A program made the position numbers and the translations under genes. Source: Cyanidioschyzon merolae (taxonomy: Eukaryota). Taken from it: 64,000 nucleotides of DNA. Below, one piece after another: positions 52,006 to 62,769 of this stretch. The stretch is from assembly GCA_000091205.1 (NCBI GenBank), contig AP006502.2, one strand, 5' to 3'. Below the pieces are notes generated by a model. The model was not told the DNA's origin, made no database searches, and worked only from the letters and a program-made list of their open reading frames with translations. Every line of letters begins with the position of its first letter. Position 1 is the stretch's first letter.

Positions 52006-52656
52006 ATGGTCGTTTTCGATCTGTCGTGGACACTGGTCCAGGCGGATAGCTTCGAGCTCCTCTGCCAGGCGGCTGCAGTGGATGCGGATGCAGTCGCGGA
52101 AGTGCGTCGTTGTCACTCGCTCGGATCCGACGACGACTTGCGAGCGTGTGCTGCGCTCCTTCGCGGTCGATCGAGCACTGGCTTAGCAGAAAGACTACAC
52201 GCGCTTATCGAATATACCGATGGAGCCGCTTCGGTCTGTCGCGTACTGAAGAAACTCGGCTACCGAACGACGGTGTTGTCGCCGGGGCGCTCGTTCTTGC
52301 GAGAGCTTGTGAAAGCAGACCTCGGTATTGATTTCGTTGCGGCCAATCGTCATGAAATGGACAGCAATGAGCATTTCACCGGAGCGATCTTGGAGCTTCT
52401 CGTCAACGGAGAGCGGAAAGCAGAGCTGCTGACCATGCTGGCGATGCGCGAGCAGCTCAGCCCGCAGCAGATCATTGCGGTAGGTGACGGGCCAGTGTCC
52501 GCCAAAATGCTTGACTCGGCGGGTCCATCCATCGCCTTTGGAGCACCAGCGGCTCGGGACGGCACCAATATCGGCGGCAAGATTCAGAGCAAGAGTCTCA
52601 CCTGCATCTGGTTCCTGATGGGTATCCACGAGCGCGATCTACGGTCATTTTCATGA
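52006..52656 (+). CDS. phosphoserine phosphatase (SerB)-like HAD-superfamily protein with degenerate catalytic motifs
   Basis: Collinear with SerB: MVVFDLSWTL (motif I), ...LSPGRSFLRELVKADLGIDFVAANRHEMDSNEHFTGAI..., and IAVGDGPVSAKMLDSAGPSIAFGA (motif IV). Motif I is D-L-S-W-T where DxDST is expected. Motif IV is GDGPVS where GDGAND is expected. The track start is a TTG at 51991; the ATG is at 52006. Confidence 0.7.
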   Translation: MVVFDLSWTLVQADSFELLCQAAAVDADAVAEVRRCHSLGSDDDLRACAALLRGRSSTGLAERLHALIEYTDGAASVCRVLKKLGYRTTVLSPGRSFLRELVKADLGIDFVAANRHEMDSNEHFTGAILELLVNGERKAELLTMLAMREQLSPQQIIAVGDGPVSAKMLDSAGPSIAFGAPAARDGTNIGGKIQSKSLTCIWFLMGIHERDLRSFS

Positions 52657-53007
52657 ATAGAGTCACGTTTGCACTTGTTGACGACCGAGCGCGCTTTGCG
52701 TCACCATTGTCGATGATGCCGCTTTCTGAGACCAAATGGTGGCTCATTCTACGAATTCGCCGAAACAATACCGTGATGCGTTGCAAGCAGGCGCTCTTCA
52801 TCGCGTTTGCCATGGCATGCCGCTTCCTCGCTGCGCAGTCGATGCGTCGCCTGCGGAGCAAAATCGCCGACAAGCGCGCTCCAGTACTGGTCGTGCAAAG
52901 CAGTCTGAGTGTTGGACCTTTGATACCTTCCAATCTGTTCGGAACGTTGGCAGGTCTTTCGAAGGCTAGACTATGAAGGAGTAAACGTCGTAGCGTCGTC
53001 GGATCGC

Positions 53008-54372
53008 ATGCGGTGCCTGTGCTGGACGAATGCGCTTGATCCACTGTACCGGCTGGCTGGACGGCAGGCGTTGCGGCTGCGCGGGCACCAGTCCTGGTGG
53101 CGTTACCAACACTGTATGCTTCACCAACGAGCACAAGCATGTACTGGTGCGGAGCGCTCTGCCCAGTGGTCGCTGATACGGTCTGCTCAGAACGCGAAAC
53201 TCAAGTTGTTGCGACAAATCCTGCGCAAGGGTAGCTTGGTGCTCGACTCGCCGAGCGCCTCGTCATCGCTGGGGAGCAGCGCGCCAGACCGCCGGTTTCT
53301 ACAGCTTGTGAAAGAGCGCGAGTCAGAAAACAGCTATACGGCAGCCTTAGCGGAGCGCTGCTTGCGACCACAGCTGTTTGTTGTAGAAGGGGCGCGATTA
53401 TTGCAGGACGCACTGGATGTGCACTGGGCTCCTGAGTTCATTATTTGCTCAGCTGATGCTGTGCAGGGGCTGTGGCGTCGTCACCCGCAGCTCATGGGAA
53501 AAATTTCGACCGACGGGCTTTTGCAGCAACGCACCTTTGTGTGCGAGACGGAACTGCCTACTGAAACAGTCCACTCGCAGGGTATTGTGGGGGTGTTTCA
53601 ACGGAAATGGCTGCCATGGGATCAGCAGCGAACGCTAGTGCTCTTTCTTGATGGCGTCCAGGACCCGGGTAATCTTGGGACGATCCTTCGCTCGGCATGT
53701 GCAGCTGGGTGCCGCACGCTCCTGCTCAGTGATCAATGCGTTGATGCCTGGAGTTCGAAGGTCGTGCGGGCAGGTATGGGTGCTCATTTCCGCCAGTGTA
53801 TCGTTGATAAGGTTTCGCTGGAGCATCTGGAGTGCCTGCTCGACTTGTTGGTCATGGTGCCGGGAACCGATGCACCCTGTTGTGCATCCCGCGAAGCACA
53901 CAGCGCAGCGGAGGTCAAAGAGGCCGGTCTGAAGCCGCCCGCATCGGATCGGGGACACAATTTGAGCCGCATTCACCACCACGGGCAACGATATCGATTC
54001 GTCATTGCTCATCCAAAAAAAGTACCGGGGCTTGCTCATTTCTCCTACGATGATGATGCAATCTGGTTGAGAGCATCCAATTTAGATGCGAAGAAAACTA
54101 GAGCAACGGGTACAGCAGGGAAAATACCGCCTCATCGAGACATCAGGACACCCACGCTAGATATCCTGGTGATTGGAAACGAAGCACATGGCCCGAGTGC
54201 TGCAATTTTCGATTTCGCCCAGAGCGTAACCGGTTCATGTACAGTGGCTATTCCTCTCGACTCGGGCGTTGAGTCCTTGAACGCTGCTGCTGCTGCATCA
54301 ATTCTTCTTTTCGAAGCCCGCAGGCAGCGTCAAAAGTTCGAGGAATCCACGGGCGCTGCAGAGACCCTCTAA
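53008..54372 (+). CDS. SpoU/TrmH-family RNA 2'-O-ribose methyltransferase (MRM1/RlmB-like)
   Basis: An N-terminal substrate-binding domain (RFLQLVKERESENSYTAALAERCLRPQLFVVEGARLLQDAL) is present. The SPOUT motifs are present: LVLFLDGVQDPGNLGTILRSACAAGC, and LVIGNEAHGPS...ESLNAAAAASILLFE. There is a large internal low-complexity insertion. ATG start. Confidence 0.85.
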   Translation: MRCLCWTNALDPLYRLAGRQALRLRGHQSWWRYQHCMLHQRAQACTGAERSAQWSLIRSAQNAKLKLLRQILRKGSLVLDSPSASSSLGSSAPDRRFLQLVKERESENSYTAALAERCLRPQLFVVEGARLLQDALDVHWAPEFIICSADAVQGLWRRHPQLMGKISTDGLLQQRTFVCETELPTETVHSQGIVGVFQRKWLPWDQQRTLVLFLDGVQDPGNLGTILRSACAAGCRTLLLSDQCVDAWSSKVVRAGMGAHFRQCIVDKVSLEHLECLLDLLVMVPGTDAPCCASREAHSAAEVKEAGLKPPASDRGHNLSRIHHHGQRYRFVIAHPKKVPGLAHFSYDDDAIWLRASNLDAKKTRATGTAGKIPPHRDIRTPTLDILVIGNEAHGPSAAIFDFAQSVTGSCTVAIPLDSGVESLNAAAAASILLFEARRQRQKFEESTGAAETL

Positions 54373-55123
54373 AGATGCTGTTTCATGATGAATTTTGCGT
54401 ACTGAAGCATCGCATCGCTCATTGCTCGTGCGTCCAGGGTCGATAAAAGTGGCCGCCGCCGATGCCGCTTGCATCATGTTCCCAGCGTAACCACAACTGA
54501 GAAGGGCATGCTGCAGTACCTTCACCTTTTGGTCCATGGCTCGCAAGGCCTCGAACTCGTCTGCCTAGACTGTCCGAACCTGAAATGTGGGCACGAAACA
54601 GGCAAAGGTCATGGCTGGCCTCCGACACGGCATTCCACCCGTTGCATGCAGGGCGGCCATGCAGGATTCTACACCAGGCTGCACTGTTCATTGCCGCTGC
54701 ATGAATAAGTGTCGGTTGCTATTCCCTGCTGGTGCTGTTCGCATTCGCGTTTGCACCAGGAGTACCTGGCACTCGCGAAGTAGCGCAAAAATCACGGATT
54801 TCCGAGAGCGTGACCCCAAAATACACAGCGGCTCGTTGAAGTGCAACTGCAGGGGACACGTTGATCCGTGGAAGTTGCACGAATCTACTGTTCAGGAGCA
54901 TCGTGACAAGTTTCGGCAATGGTCGAGCGGAACGTGTCACCTTGGCACTGTGTCCCTCTTGTACATTTAGGTATAGAAATGTAGGGAATACGGGGCAGAA
55001 CATAGCACGCGCGCCCTCGAAGCATCTTGGATGCGTATCGCCCGAGTCAGCCGCAGCTTCAGAGCAGCCGTGCTATAGACGCTCCTACGTAGCTTATTGC
55101 CAGAACTGAACGCTGTGGAGCGC

Positions 55124-55483
55124 ATGAGTCCAGTCCGCATACGTCTTGCGAGGCATGGGCGTCGACACGCGGCGGTGTTCCGTATCGTGGTGGCGGACTC
55201 GCGAGCACCACGCGACGGCCGCTTCCTCGAGCACGTCGGAACCTACAACCCGCGGGTAATTCGAGGGGCGAAGCTCGTTCAGTTCGACGTGAAAAGAACT
55301 CAGTACTGGCTGTCCGTGGGCGCCCAGCCGTCTGAGCGCGTCGCTAAGCTGCTGGGTTTGGCGGGCGTGCTGCCTCCGGCCCCAGTGCGAGGTCGCACGG
55401 CAGCACCGTCTGCAGCGGCACCGCAAAACTTGGGCGCTGTTCGAGGACTCGAATCTCTGGTTCCGACTTTCGCAGTGTCATGA
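55124..55483 (+). CDS. mitochondrial ribosomal protein S16 (bS16m)
   Basis: MSPVRIRLARHGRRHAAVFRIVVADSRAPRDGRFLEHVGTYNP matches the bS16 N-terminal consensus (VRIRLaRhG.kk.P.YrIVvaDsR..RDGrfiE.lG.ynP). The track start at 55097 is a TTG; the ATG is at 55124. Confidence 0.85.
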   Translation: MSPVRIRLARHGRRHAAVFRIVVADSRAPRDGRFLEHVGTYNPRVIRGAKLVQFDVKRTQYWLSVGAQPSERVAKLLGLAGVLPPAPVRGRTAAPSAAAPQNLGAVRGLESLVPTFAVS

Positions 55484-56038
55484 GAATTTTAGTCGCGTAC
55501 GCAGCCCATCAGAGCGGGAGGAAAATGACGCGGTTGTGAGAAGCGCACCGGAGCTGTACAGTTCGGAATGTTGCTGGTGCGACAGCTCGCAAATGGCAGA
55601 GTACCTTGCAATATTCCTCAATAGGCGCTATGGAATGCATCGAACAAAGCACATGGCATGTCGAGATAGAAGTTTGGGTTCTGCATTTGCAACTGTTGTT
55701 TTGCAGCGGCATGCTTCGAGCGCCAAATAGCATGTGGTTTGTGAACTGCACTTGAAGGGCCGCTGCAGGCGATATCTCCTGGTCATGTCGTGGCTACGCA
55801 CATGAACGAGAGAATGTACATAGGAAATGGGGAACCTGGTGAATGAACTTCACGATCGCGAAGCTGGGGCGCAGATAGCCGATACCCTAAAAGCGCTCTA
55901 CTCGCTTCTCGAGTCAGCGCGTCTTCGTTCGGATATTTGGAGCACTGGCTGGCAAGCATATTGCAATCTCCTTCAGAGGAGGTCAGAGATACACGCACCT
56001 CATTCCTGTGGAACGCGAAAACTGCACGTAGAGAAGTT

Positions 56039-56068
<30 letters not shown>
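56039..56068. repeat. (GGCA)7 microsatellite
   Basis: ggcaggcaggcaggcaggcaggcaggcagg read directly. Confidence 0.9.
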
Positions 56069-56069
<1 letters not shown>

Positions 56070-56468
56070 AGCATAGATGGATCTGCCTCTAGGGCCCCCG
56101 TGGTATGGAAGAAGCGCGCATACATTACTTGTTGCCTCTGAAATTTAAATGGAGTCGAATGAGCGTCTTCGTATTCCCAGGCAATGTCGTGGCACAATTC
56201 CAGACCTCGCGTCGGTGTACCACATACATATGCGCAAGGCTTGCGCTGTACCCCATAAAAATGCTACCTGTAGATATGACGGTAGGCTATTCCACCTAAA
56301 ACATCTCAAGTCGTAGCAACCTTCGCTTCTGTAGACACCACAGCTACCACACCGTGTTCTTGTACGGTTTGGAGCAGCTTCTCCTCGAACCTAAACCGTA
56401 TCAAATTCGCTCCCAGAGGTACACTACGAATGTTAGCAAACGGCTTTGACGGGGACGCTCTCGAGCGG

Positions 56469-56762
56469 CTACTCGCGGAGCTGCCGTGGCTTGCGCTCAT
56501 CCTGTGCATACTCCCAGCTTTTGCTCGGAAGTTGCACGAGCTTGATCATTGTTCCACGGATATGGAGCGCAGCATAGGAAGCCGCTTGCTCGACCGAGTC
56601 CGTTGTCGCGGCCCGTGAAGCCCCAGTTACTCGTGCGCTCTCCAAGTTCAAGTTCATCCACGGATCAACACCAGTTAAAACGCCAGTGCAGTGCTTTCCA
56701 TTTTTCAGCTCCACAGTGACTTGTTGACCAACGGCACCGCGGACGAGTCCGACCGGCAGCAT
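56469..56762 (-). CDS. LSM2: Sm-like protein LSm2
   Basis: MLPVGLVRGAVGQQVTVELKNGKHCTGVLTGVDPWMNLNLESARVTG...IRGTMIKLVQLP aligns to human LSm2 (MLFYSFFKSLVGKDVVVELKNDLSICGTLHSVDQYLNIKLTDISVTD...IRGSVVRYVQLP). Sm1 and Sm2 motifs are intact. ATG start. Confidence 0.8.
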   Translation of the reverse strand: MLPVGLVRGAVGQQVTVELKNGKHCTGVLTGVDPWMNLNLESARVTGASRAATTDSVEQAASYAALHIRGTMIKLVQLPSKSWEYAQDERKPRQLRE

Positions 56763-57267
56763 CAGCGTTTGTTCTTGTGCAGTCGCTGCGACGCTCTGGA
56801 CTACCGAGCGCTCTACCCGCTACAAAATGCTCGCAAAGAGCGTATAGTCACCCGCCAAGGTGACTCGACAAGCCCTCGACGAGTGCAGAGGTAAACATGG
56901 GCGATTTCTAGCGTAAGAGGCACCTCAGAGACATCTATGTGAATGGTTGGGGCGAGTAGAAATGTTCGGATTCTTCGTTCTGTCTGGCTGTTGCAACGGG
57001 GCGATACGTTGTCACGGGGCTGAAACAAGCAACTGCTGTCGCGTTAGCGCGAGACACTTGACATTTTGAACAAGAGTCGTTTCGATTTACCTGAACTTGG
57101 CGTTACGTGAGTGCAAACTATCGGGCGACTGTGAAAAAGACTCCGTTGGGTGCTTTGGCTGCTGCCACTCCACCGAATCAACCTTAGAAGCGCCTCGCTG
57201 ACACGCGAAGCTGTGGCTCTTTCTAGGCCGCTCGACGAACGAGGCGACTTTTGACGTGTCCGAGCAG

Positions 57268-58917
57268 ATGCAACTTGACAATGGTTCGATTGCGACGTCG
57301 CTGGTGCACGTTGCGACACCAGCAGCAGAGCACGTGTACTGCGTAGCCTGCCAGTGGTCTCCGGCGGACGGGGTCGCTGCTTCAGACGCCAACAACGGCC
57401 ACTCTGCTCCCAGTAAAGCGCTTTCGCCCGAGGCACTGCTCGAAAAGAGACGGCAGCACTACCGCTCTGACTGGCACCGCGTCAACCTGAAGCGTCGCAC
57501 CGCTCAACTACCACCTCTATCGGAGGCTGAGTTCACGGAACGGTGCAGGAACTGGGAAAGCGGCGGTGAAACCGTTCAGATGGATTTCGGCGGACTCGAG
57601 GACGAGAACACCTCAAGCAGCGAGGAACCCTGGAGCAGCTACAGCGTGAAAGTACCTGTGGGATCTGCGCTACCTGAGGACGCCCTGTTCTCCGCCGCTC
57701 GATTTGCGAGGTCGTCAGCCGTGAACGGCGAGCGTCAACCCAGCAGCCGCCGTGTGGCATGCATCTGGTGTCTGAAAGAGTTTTCCAGTGAGAAAGCCCT
57801 GCAACAACACGAGCGTACCGCGAGGCATCGAGAGAAGCTGCGAGAACTTGGCATCCCAGAATCTGATGAGCAGCACCAGCACCAGAAGCAGCAGCAGCAG
57901 CAGCAGCAGCTCATCTCCGGTGCATCAAAGGAAACGAGTCTCGAAACTGCAGACCTGGACGCTTGGCTCGCTGAGCGCATGCAAGAAGCGCGTCCCCTTG
58001 ATATCCACGAATGTCTTTTCTGTAACCACAAGGTTGCCGTTGACGAGAATGTTTCAGAACAGGAGCGCAGCGGCGCTCTCCTTGCAAATCTCCGCCACAT
58101 GGCCAAAGAGCACTCATTCTTTGTGCCCTATATAGAGTACTGCTATGATCTTGCCGGACTCGTACGATACCTGGGAGTCAAGGTCGGTCTTGGCTACTGT
58201 TGCGTGTTCGGGGGAAGGGTCGTGCCGCTCTCGCAAGACACTACGGACTCCGCGGAGCAGCTGTTCGAGCGTCGTGCGGAGGTATTCAGCAGCTTACAGG
58301 CCTGTCGAAATCATATGCGAGATGCTGGGCACTGCCGGTTGCCCGATTTTGATCAGGAGGAGGTTTGGGATGAGTATCAGGAATTCTACAGTTTTACCCC
58401 AGTACGAGCAGACGCGCTGCTGTCGTCTGCCGCGGATGCGAGCGAAGCGCTTTCTCCAGGCACGCCACATGAGGCTGCGGGTGAGGCTGAGTCTGTCGCT
58501 CTTGCGCCATGGGAAAAGTGGGTCTCGGTCGCCGAGGCACCGAGATCTACGCACCCACCAGATGAAGAAGTTGTTGGCCTTCAACTAGGTGCGAGTGGAC
58601 GAACTATTGCACACCGGTCTCTCTGGCGATACTATCGCCAGCGTGTGCATGATCATCACCGCACGCAGCTACCTGTCTGCATTGCTCGACAAGAGCGCCA
58701 GCAGATGGTGCTGGCTTATCAGGAGCTCGCCCACACGGCTGCAATCGGCTTCACTGGACCCGCAGCGTCGCAGCCGTATCCCAGTATTCCACCACGTCGA
58801 GTGCTTGAGCGCTGGCGACGCGACCAGCTCGCACTGGCTGAACGGAACGCAGCGACGCGCCGCGGCCGGGCAGCACGTTCATCCATAGCGGTGCTGAACT
58901 CTGGCTATCGTGGCTAG
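57268..58917 (+). CDS. REI1/ZNF622-like C2H2 zinc-finger protein (cytoplasmic pre-60S maturation factor family)
   Basis: HYRSDWHRVNLKRRTAQLPPLSEAEF matches the REI1 first-finger tail (H.KSDWHRYNLKRRVAQLPP). CLFCNHKV...NLRHMAKEHSFFVPYIEYCYDLAGLVRYLGVKVGLGYCCV matches the REI1 middle region. IAHRSLWRYYRQR matches VGHRSLQRYYKQ. An internal polyQ (HQKQQQQQQQ) is present. The track start is a GTG; the ATG is ~57268. Confidence 0.8.
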   Translation: MQLDNGSIATSLVHVATPAAEHVYCVACQWSPADGVAASDANNGHSAPSKALSPEALLEKRRQHYRSDWHRVNLKRRTAQLPPLSEAEFTERCRNWESGGETVQMDFGGLEDENTSSSEEPWSSYSVKVPVGSALPEDALFSAARFARSSAVNGERQPSSRRVACIWCLKEFSSEKALQQHERTARHREKLRELGIPESDEQHQHQKQQQQQQQLISGASKETSLETADLDAWLAERMQEARPLDIHECLFCNHKVAVDENVSEQERSGALLANLRHMAKEHSFFVPYIEYCYDLAGLVRYLGVKVGLGYCCVFGGRVVPLSQDTTDSAEQLFERRAEVFSSLQACRNHMRDAGHCRLPDFDQEEVWDEYQEFYSFTPVRADALLSSAADASEALSPGTPHEAAGEAESVALAPWEKWVSVAEAPRSTHPPDEEVVGLQLGASGRTIAHRSLWRYYRQRVHDHHRTQLPVCIARQERQQMVLAYQELAHTAAIGFTGPAASQPYPSIPPRRVLERWRRDQLALAERNAATRRGRAARSSIAVLNSGYRG

Positions 58918-60171
58918 TAGCGCATGTTGAACAGGATCCTCGGTTGCAGGCGGAATTGCGGCCGATCAGGCGAATAGATGCCGGTGTCTGAACGGAAGGT
59001 GCGCTGTTTGTTGGCGGCTCGCGGCCAGTATCGCAAGTTCGTATGCGGGACGCTGAAGTGGAACCAGTTCCTCAGCTAGCTTCCTGTTTGCACCTGGATG
59101 CTAAGCCTCGATGCTAGCTCTCTATGTGCAGTGTGCAGGACAGCATGCAGGCAAACAATGAAACAGAGCATGATCCTTATTCGTAAACAGGGCCAGTTAT
59201 CGTGCCGACAGACCCAGGATCCGAGTAAAGGAACTTACGCCCTGCACGTCTAGCTCCAGATTCGCAAAGATATGCATGTGAGCACGGGTGCAAGTCCATT
59301 TAAAATCAAGCGTACAGCGCTTGCTCGATAGATAGAGAATCGAGCAGCACGAAAACTGCATGTGGATGTCACGCTGCAGCGACATTTACCTCCATTTTCT
59401 TCGGGCTTGGACGAGCGACAACGGCTGCCAGGTGAGCCAACATCAACAGCCGAGCGCGATGCCGTTCTCCTGCACGCCCAGCAATGATATGCAGAGTGAC
59501 GGATTCCCATTCATTCCATCTGGTCAGCGCTCTTTCGCGACAACTGATATTAATGTAAGCAATCTGTTTGGAGAATTTACATACGCATGCATAAAACGGG
59601 ACCTTGTTTTCGTGCTGTTCTGCCTGGTCGTGAAGCGTAGCGCGATGCGTCGAGTCCTCGGTCGTTTCCGCGGACTGGAGCTATACTGGCGAATCTCGTC
59701 AGTGCACACACGTCAAGTCGACGGATATCTGCCTCTGGAATCGCTGGAATCGTTCACCAGGGATATGGGGAGCACTCGACGCTTCAAGTATGCCCTCTTG
59801 GTGCACGCTGAAGAATCGAATCATGGAACACCAGCATCATCTATCAATCGCCCAGGAAAATCGTTATAGGTATCAAGAAACGGTGCTCCAGCCCCTCGAT
59901 TCAGCGGAACTACACTGCACTAGTGCCGCGCTCTAGACGAAAGTCTGATCCCCGTTCCCCTCGCCACTGCTCTTTGTCCATCAGAATTCTTTAATAATTG
60001 TGCACCATGCCCACACGGCATGCAACACGATTCCCTCGAATATTCATTTGACAAAACGCTGCGGGACGCTTCGGAAGCACGAAGCATTTCCTCACTTTGA
60101 CCGAGGCGTTCAAGTCTCCGCGCAGAAAGTACGTGCACACATGATTGCTGTTGGAATTATACCATAACAAA

Positions 60172-61803
60172 CTACCTGCATTCGACTGCCTCGCCATCTG
60201 GCTGGACGTCAGCATACCGGGAATCATCCCGTACGTTCTGCTCTTTTGTGAGACGCTTCTTCTCTTCCAGTTCCAACGCGTATTTGTGCTTGTGATGCGC
60301 GTATGCTGTCCTAGACGCATCGATGAACATCGGATACATTGGATTGCTGCATTCGTTGTACGTTCTCTTCCGGGGAGCAGCGGTGCAGCCCTTGCGAGCT
60401 AGAATACGTCCAGGGCCACCGGCGACCTTCAAACGAAGCGACGTATCGGAAATTTGCTTTTCTAAATCATAGAGTATACTCGGGAATGCTCGCTGCTTGC
60501 GTTCGTAGAACTGCAACCTTTTGCGAACCTCTACTTTGTCTCACTGACTCCTGAAAAGTACACTCCGAGTGAGCCTTTCGGACGTTCGCGACTTCAATAA
60601 TAACGAAGCACACAGAGCATGCTTCTCTGCTCGATTAGGTACCGAGCGCGTTGATGTGGCCCTGCTGTCATCATTCCACCTGTTGTTAAACGTACTTGCG
60701 TCCATTACGCTGGATTTCCAACGATATCTAGCTATGGGAAGGTCAGCTCGCATAGCATCTTCTGTCTGGTGTACCAATCCTCGCGGGAATGTTTGATAGA
60801 AGAATTCCAGAGGGATATAGGCAGCTGGCAGCTCTGCGTCTGGAACTGTCACGAACAGTTGCATGACGAGATATGTCACGCCGAGGAAGGCTAAGCGAGA
60901 CTTTCTCGAATAAGAACCTATGCGATCGTCAATGAAGGCGAGCATGAATCGACGCCAAGGATACGTAAGATTCGTCTGCTGATCTGGGAGCGTAGAATTG
61001 GTGTTTGATGTAAGAGAAGACACCTTGAATGGGAACGAACCATGGAGAACGGGCTCGTACGACGATAAGCTCAACGCCAAGCTCAGTTGCGTACTTTTTG
61101 ACCGCTTTTGATTGATGAAAAGCGACATTTTCAGAGAGAGCAGCCACGAAGCGTACATCGCTGAAGAATGAGGTGTCGAATGATCCGGTCTGTTTGGCGA
61201 TTTCTAGGCGACCAAACGATTGATTCGCCGCTGCCACTGGTAGTGTCGCCGTGCTCGCTCGTCGCTGCTTTACGAACAGCGGCTTGTTTACACGTTTGAG
61301 GGCCCAAATACACAGGTCTGCCATTTCTCCGAAATAAAATCTCCCCGAGAAAGACGTACACACGTCAGTCCTGTAATACGTGTTGCAGTTTTACTATGAA
61401 ATAGACGGCGCTGCTCAACGCGCAACCGCCTTCCATGGAAGCGTCTTTTCTTCTCCATCCATGTCTTTTTCTTTCCTTTTGTATCAACGGCACGGCAACT
61501 GTGCATCTTGAGGCTTCTTCTACAGTATTTCTTCGTGAGCATGCAGATTAGAATGGCTTGCTCCGGAGCCAATTGTGTTGATCGAGCTGGAGAAACTCTG
61601 TTTTGTGCGAAAGGCGTTCTGGATACGGACTGCAAGAAGGATGGATCTTCCCGCACCTGTTGATTGCCGAGTACCTGGCTTGGACAGGAGAGGTCTTTTT
61701 CGCACGCTAGTAGAGACACCATCAAGCTAGTCCGCGAACGTTCTCCAATGTGCAGGATAGAATCCGTTTCTTGATTACCTGCCAGAAAAACAAACGCAAA
61801 CAA
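60172..61803 (-). other. run of four consecutive minus-strand ORFs in different frames (possible intron-containing, frameshifted or decayed gene)
   Basis: ORFs 61288..61803, 60929..61363, 60541..61158 and 60172..60516 overlap or abut on the same strand in shifting frames. The sequences are hydrophobic and protein-like (KSRLAFLGVTYLVMQLFVTVPDAELPAAYIPLEFFYQTFPRGLV). No family recognised. Confidence 0.15.
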
Positions 61804-62769
61804 TTAAGGTGTATTGCGACGGGAATTCCAGAATTCACTGCTCTGCATGTAACGATAGGGGGTCGCTGTTGTGCCAACGGACGTACTGCCAACGCCTGTT
61901 GGGCCACGAAGCACACCTACGACCTAGGGGCTACGCAACGCTTCTAGCAAGGGACGTTCGGGTCCCTCGCATTCGCCCCAGGCACCGAGCGGCTCGTCAG
62001 AATGTCAAAGGGCTGCTTCTTGCAAACTCCGCCCTCATCGCGCATAGGTGTAGTGTGCGCTCATGAAGAGTTGGAACAACACAGAATCGCGTCTGTGACA
62101 CTGTTAATTCTGACGCACTTAGTATTGCCCTGCCGACTAACGGAGCTGGAGTGCAACTGTCTCCTTGGTGCCTAGCAACTTCTGGGCGTCACTATGGACG
62201 CCAACTGGTTACCGCTCACGCCCAGTGCAGCGCTGGCATCCGAAGTAGCCCCGCCCGAGCCGCTCCAATATCATGGCCAGTAGACAGACCCGCGAGGTCC
62301 AGGTACAAGTCTCGCGTATTGGACGAGCCCAATGGGCCAGTGCTCGGAGCGCCTCCGCAGTTGCAGGTGCCGAGCAAAGGCCTGTGTCCAGAGACGGCTA
62401 CGCGTTCTCCAAGCGACCGCGAAGATAGCGCCGGACACTGAAACTGTGTCCTGGTCGCCACGGACCTCCAGTGTGACTGCACTTGCCGATTGACAGACAG
62501 CTCGAGCCGATGTAGCAAACAGGCAGAGAATGGCCTTTTGGTCTCTCTTTATGCGTTCGATCACCGGTGCGTCACCGAATCCATCAGGCCCCTATTCCTG
62601 CGAAGCATACCTGTCTGGAACAGTTGGAACGGTTAGTCGTCTGCATGGAAAGTAAACCCGGTTTCCTAATCACGACTACGACTCATACAGCCCGTGTTAC
62701 CTGGCTCTATATAACCGCCTCATCGAAGTCAATGCACGACTCGTTGGCTAAGTACGGTTGGCAGCGGAC

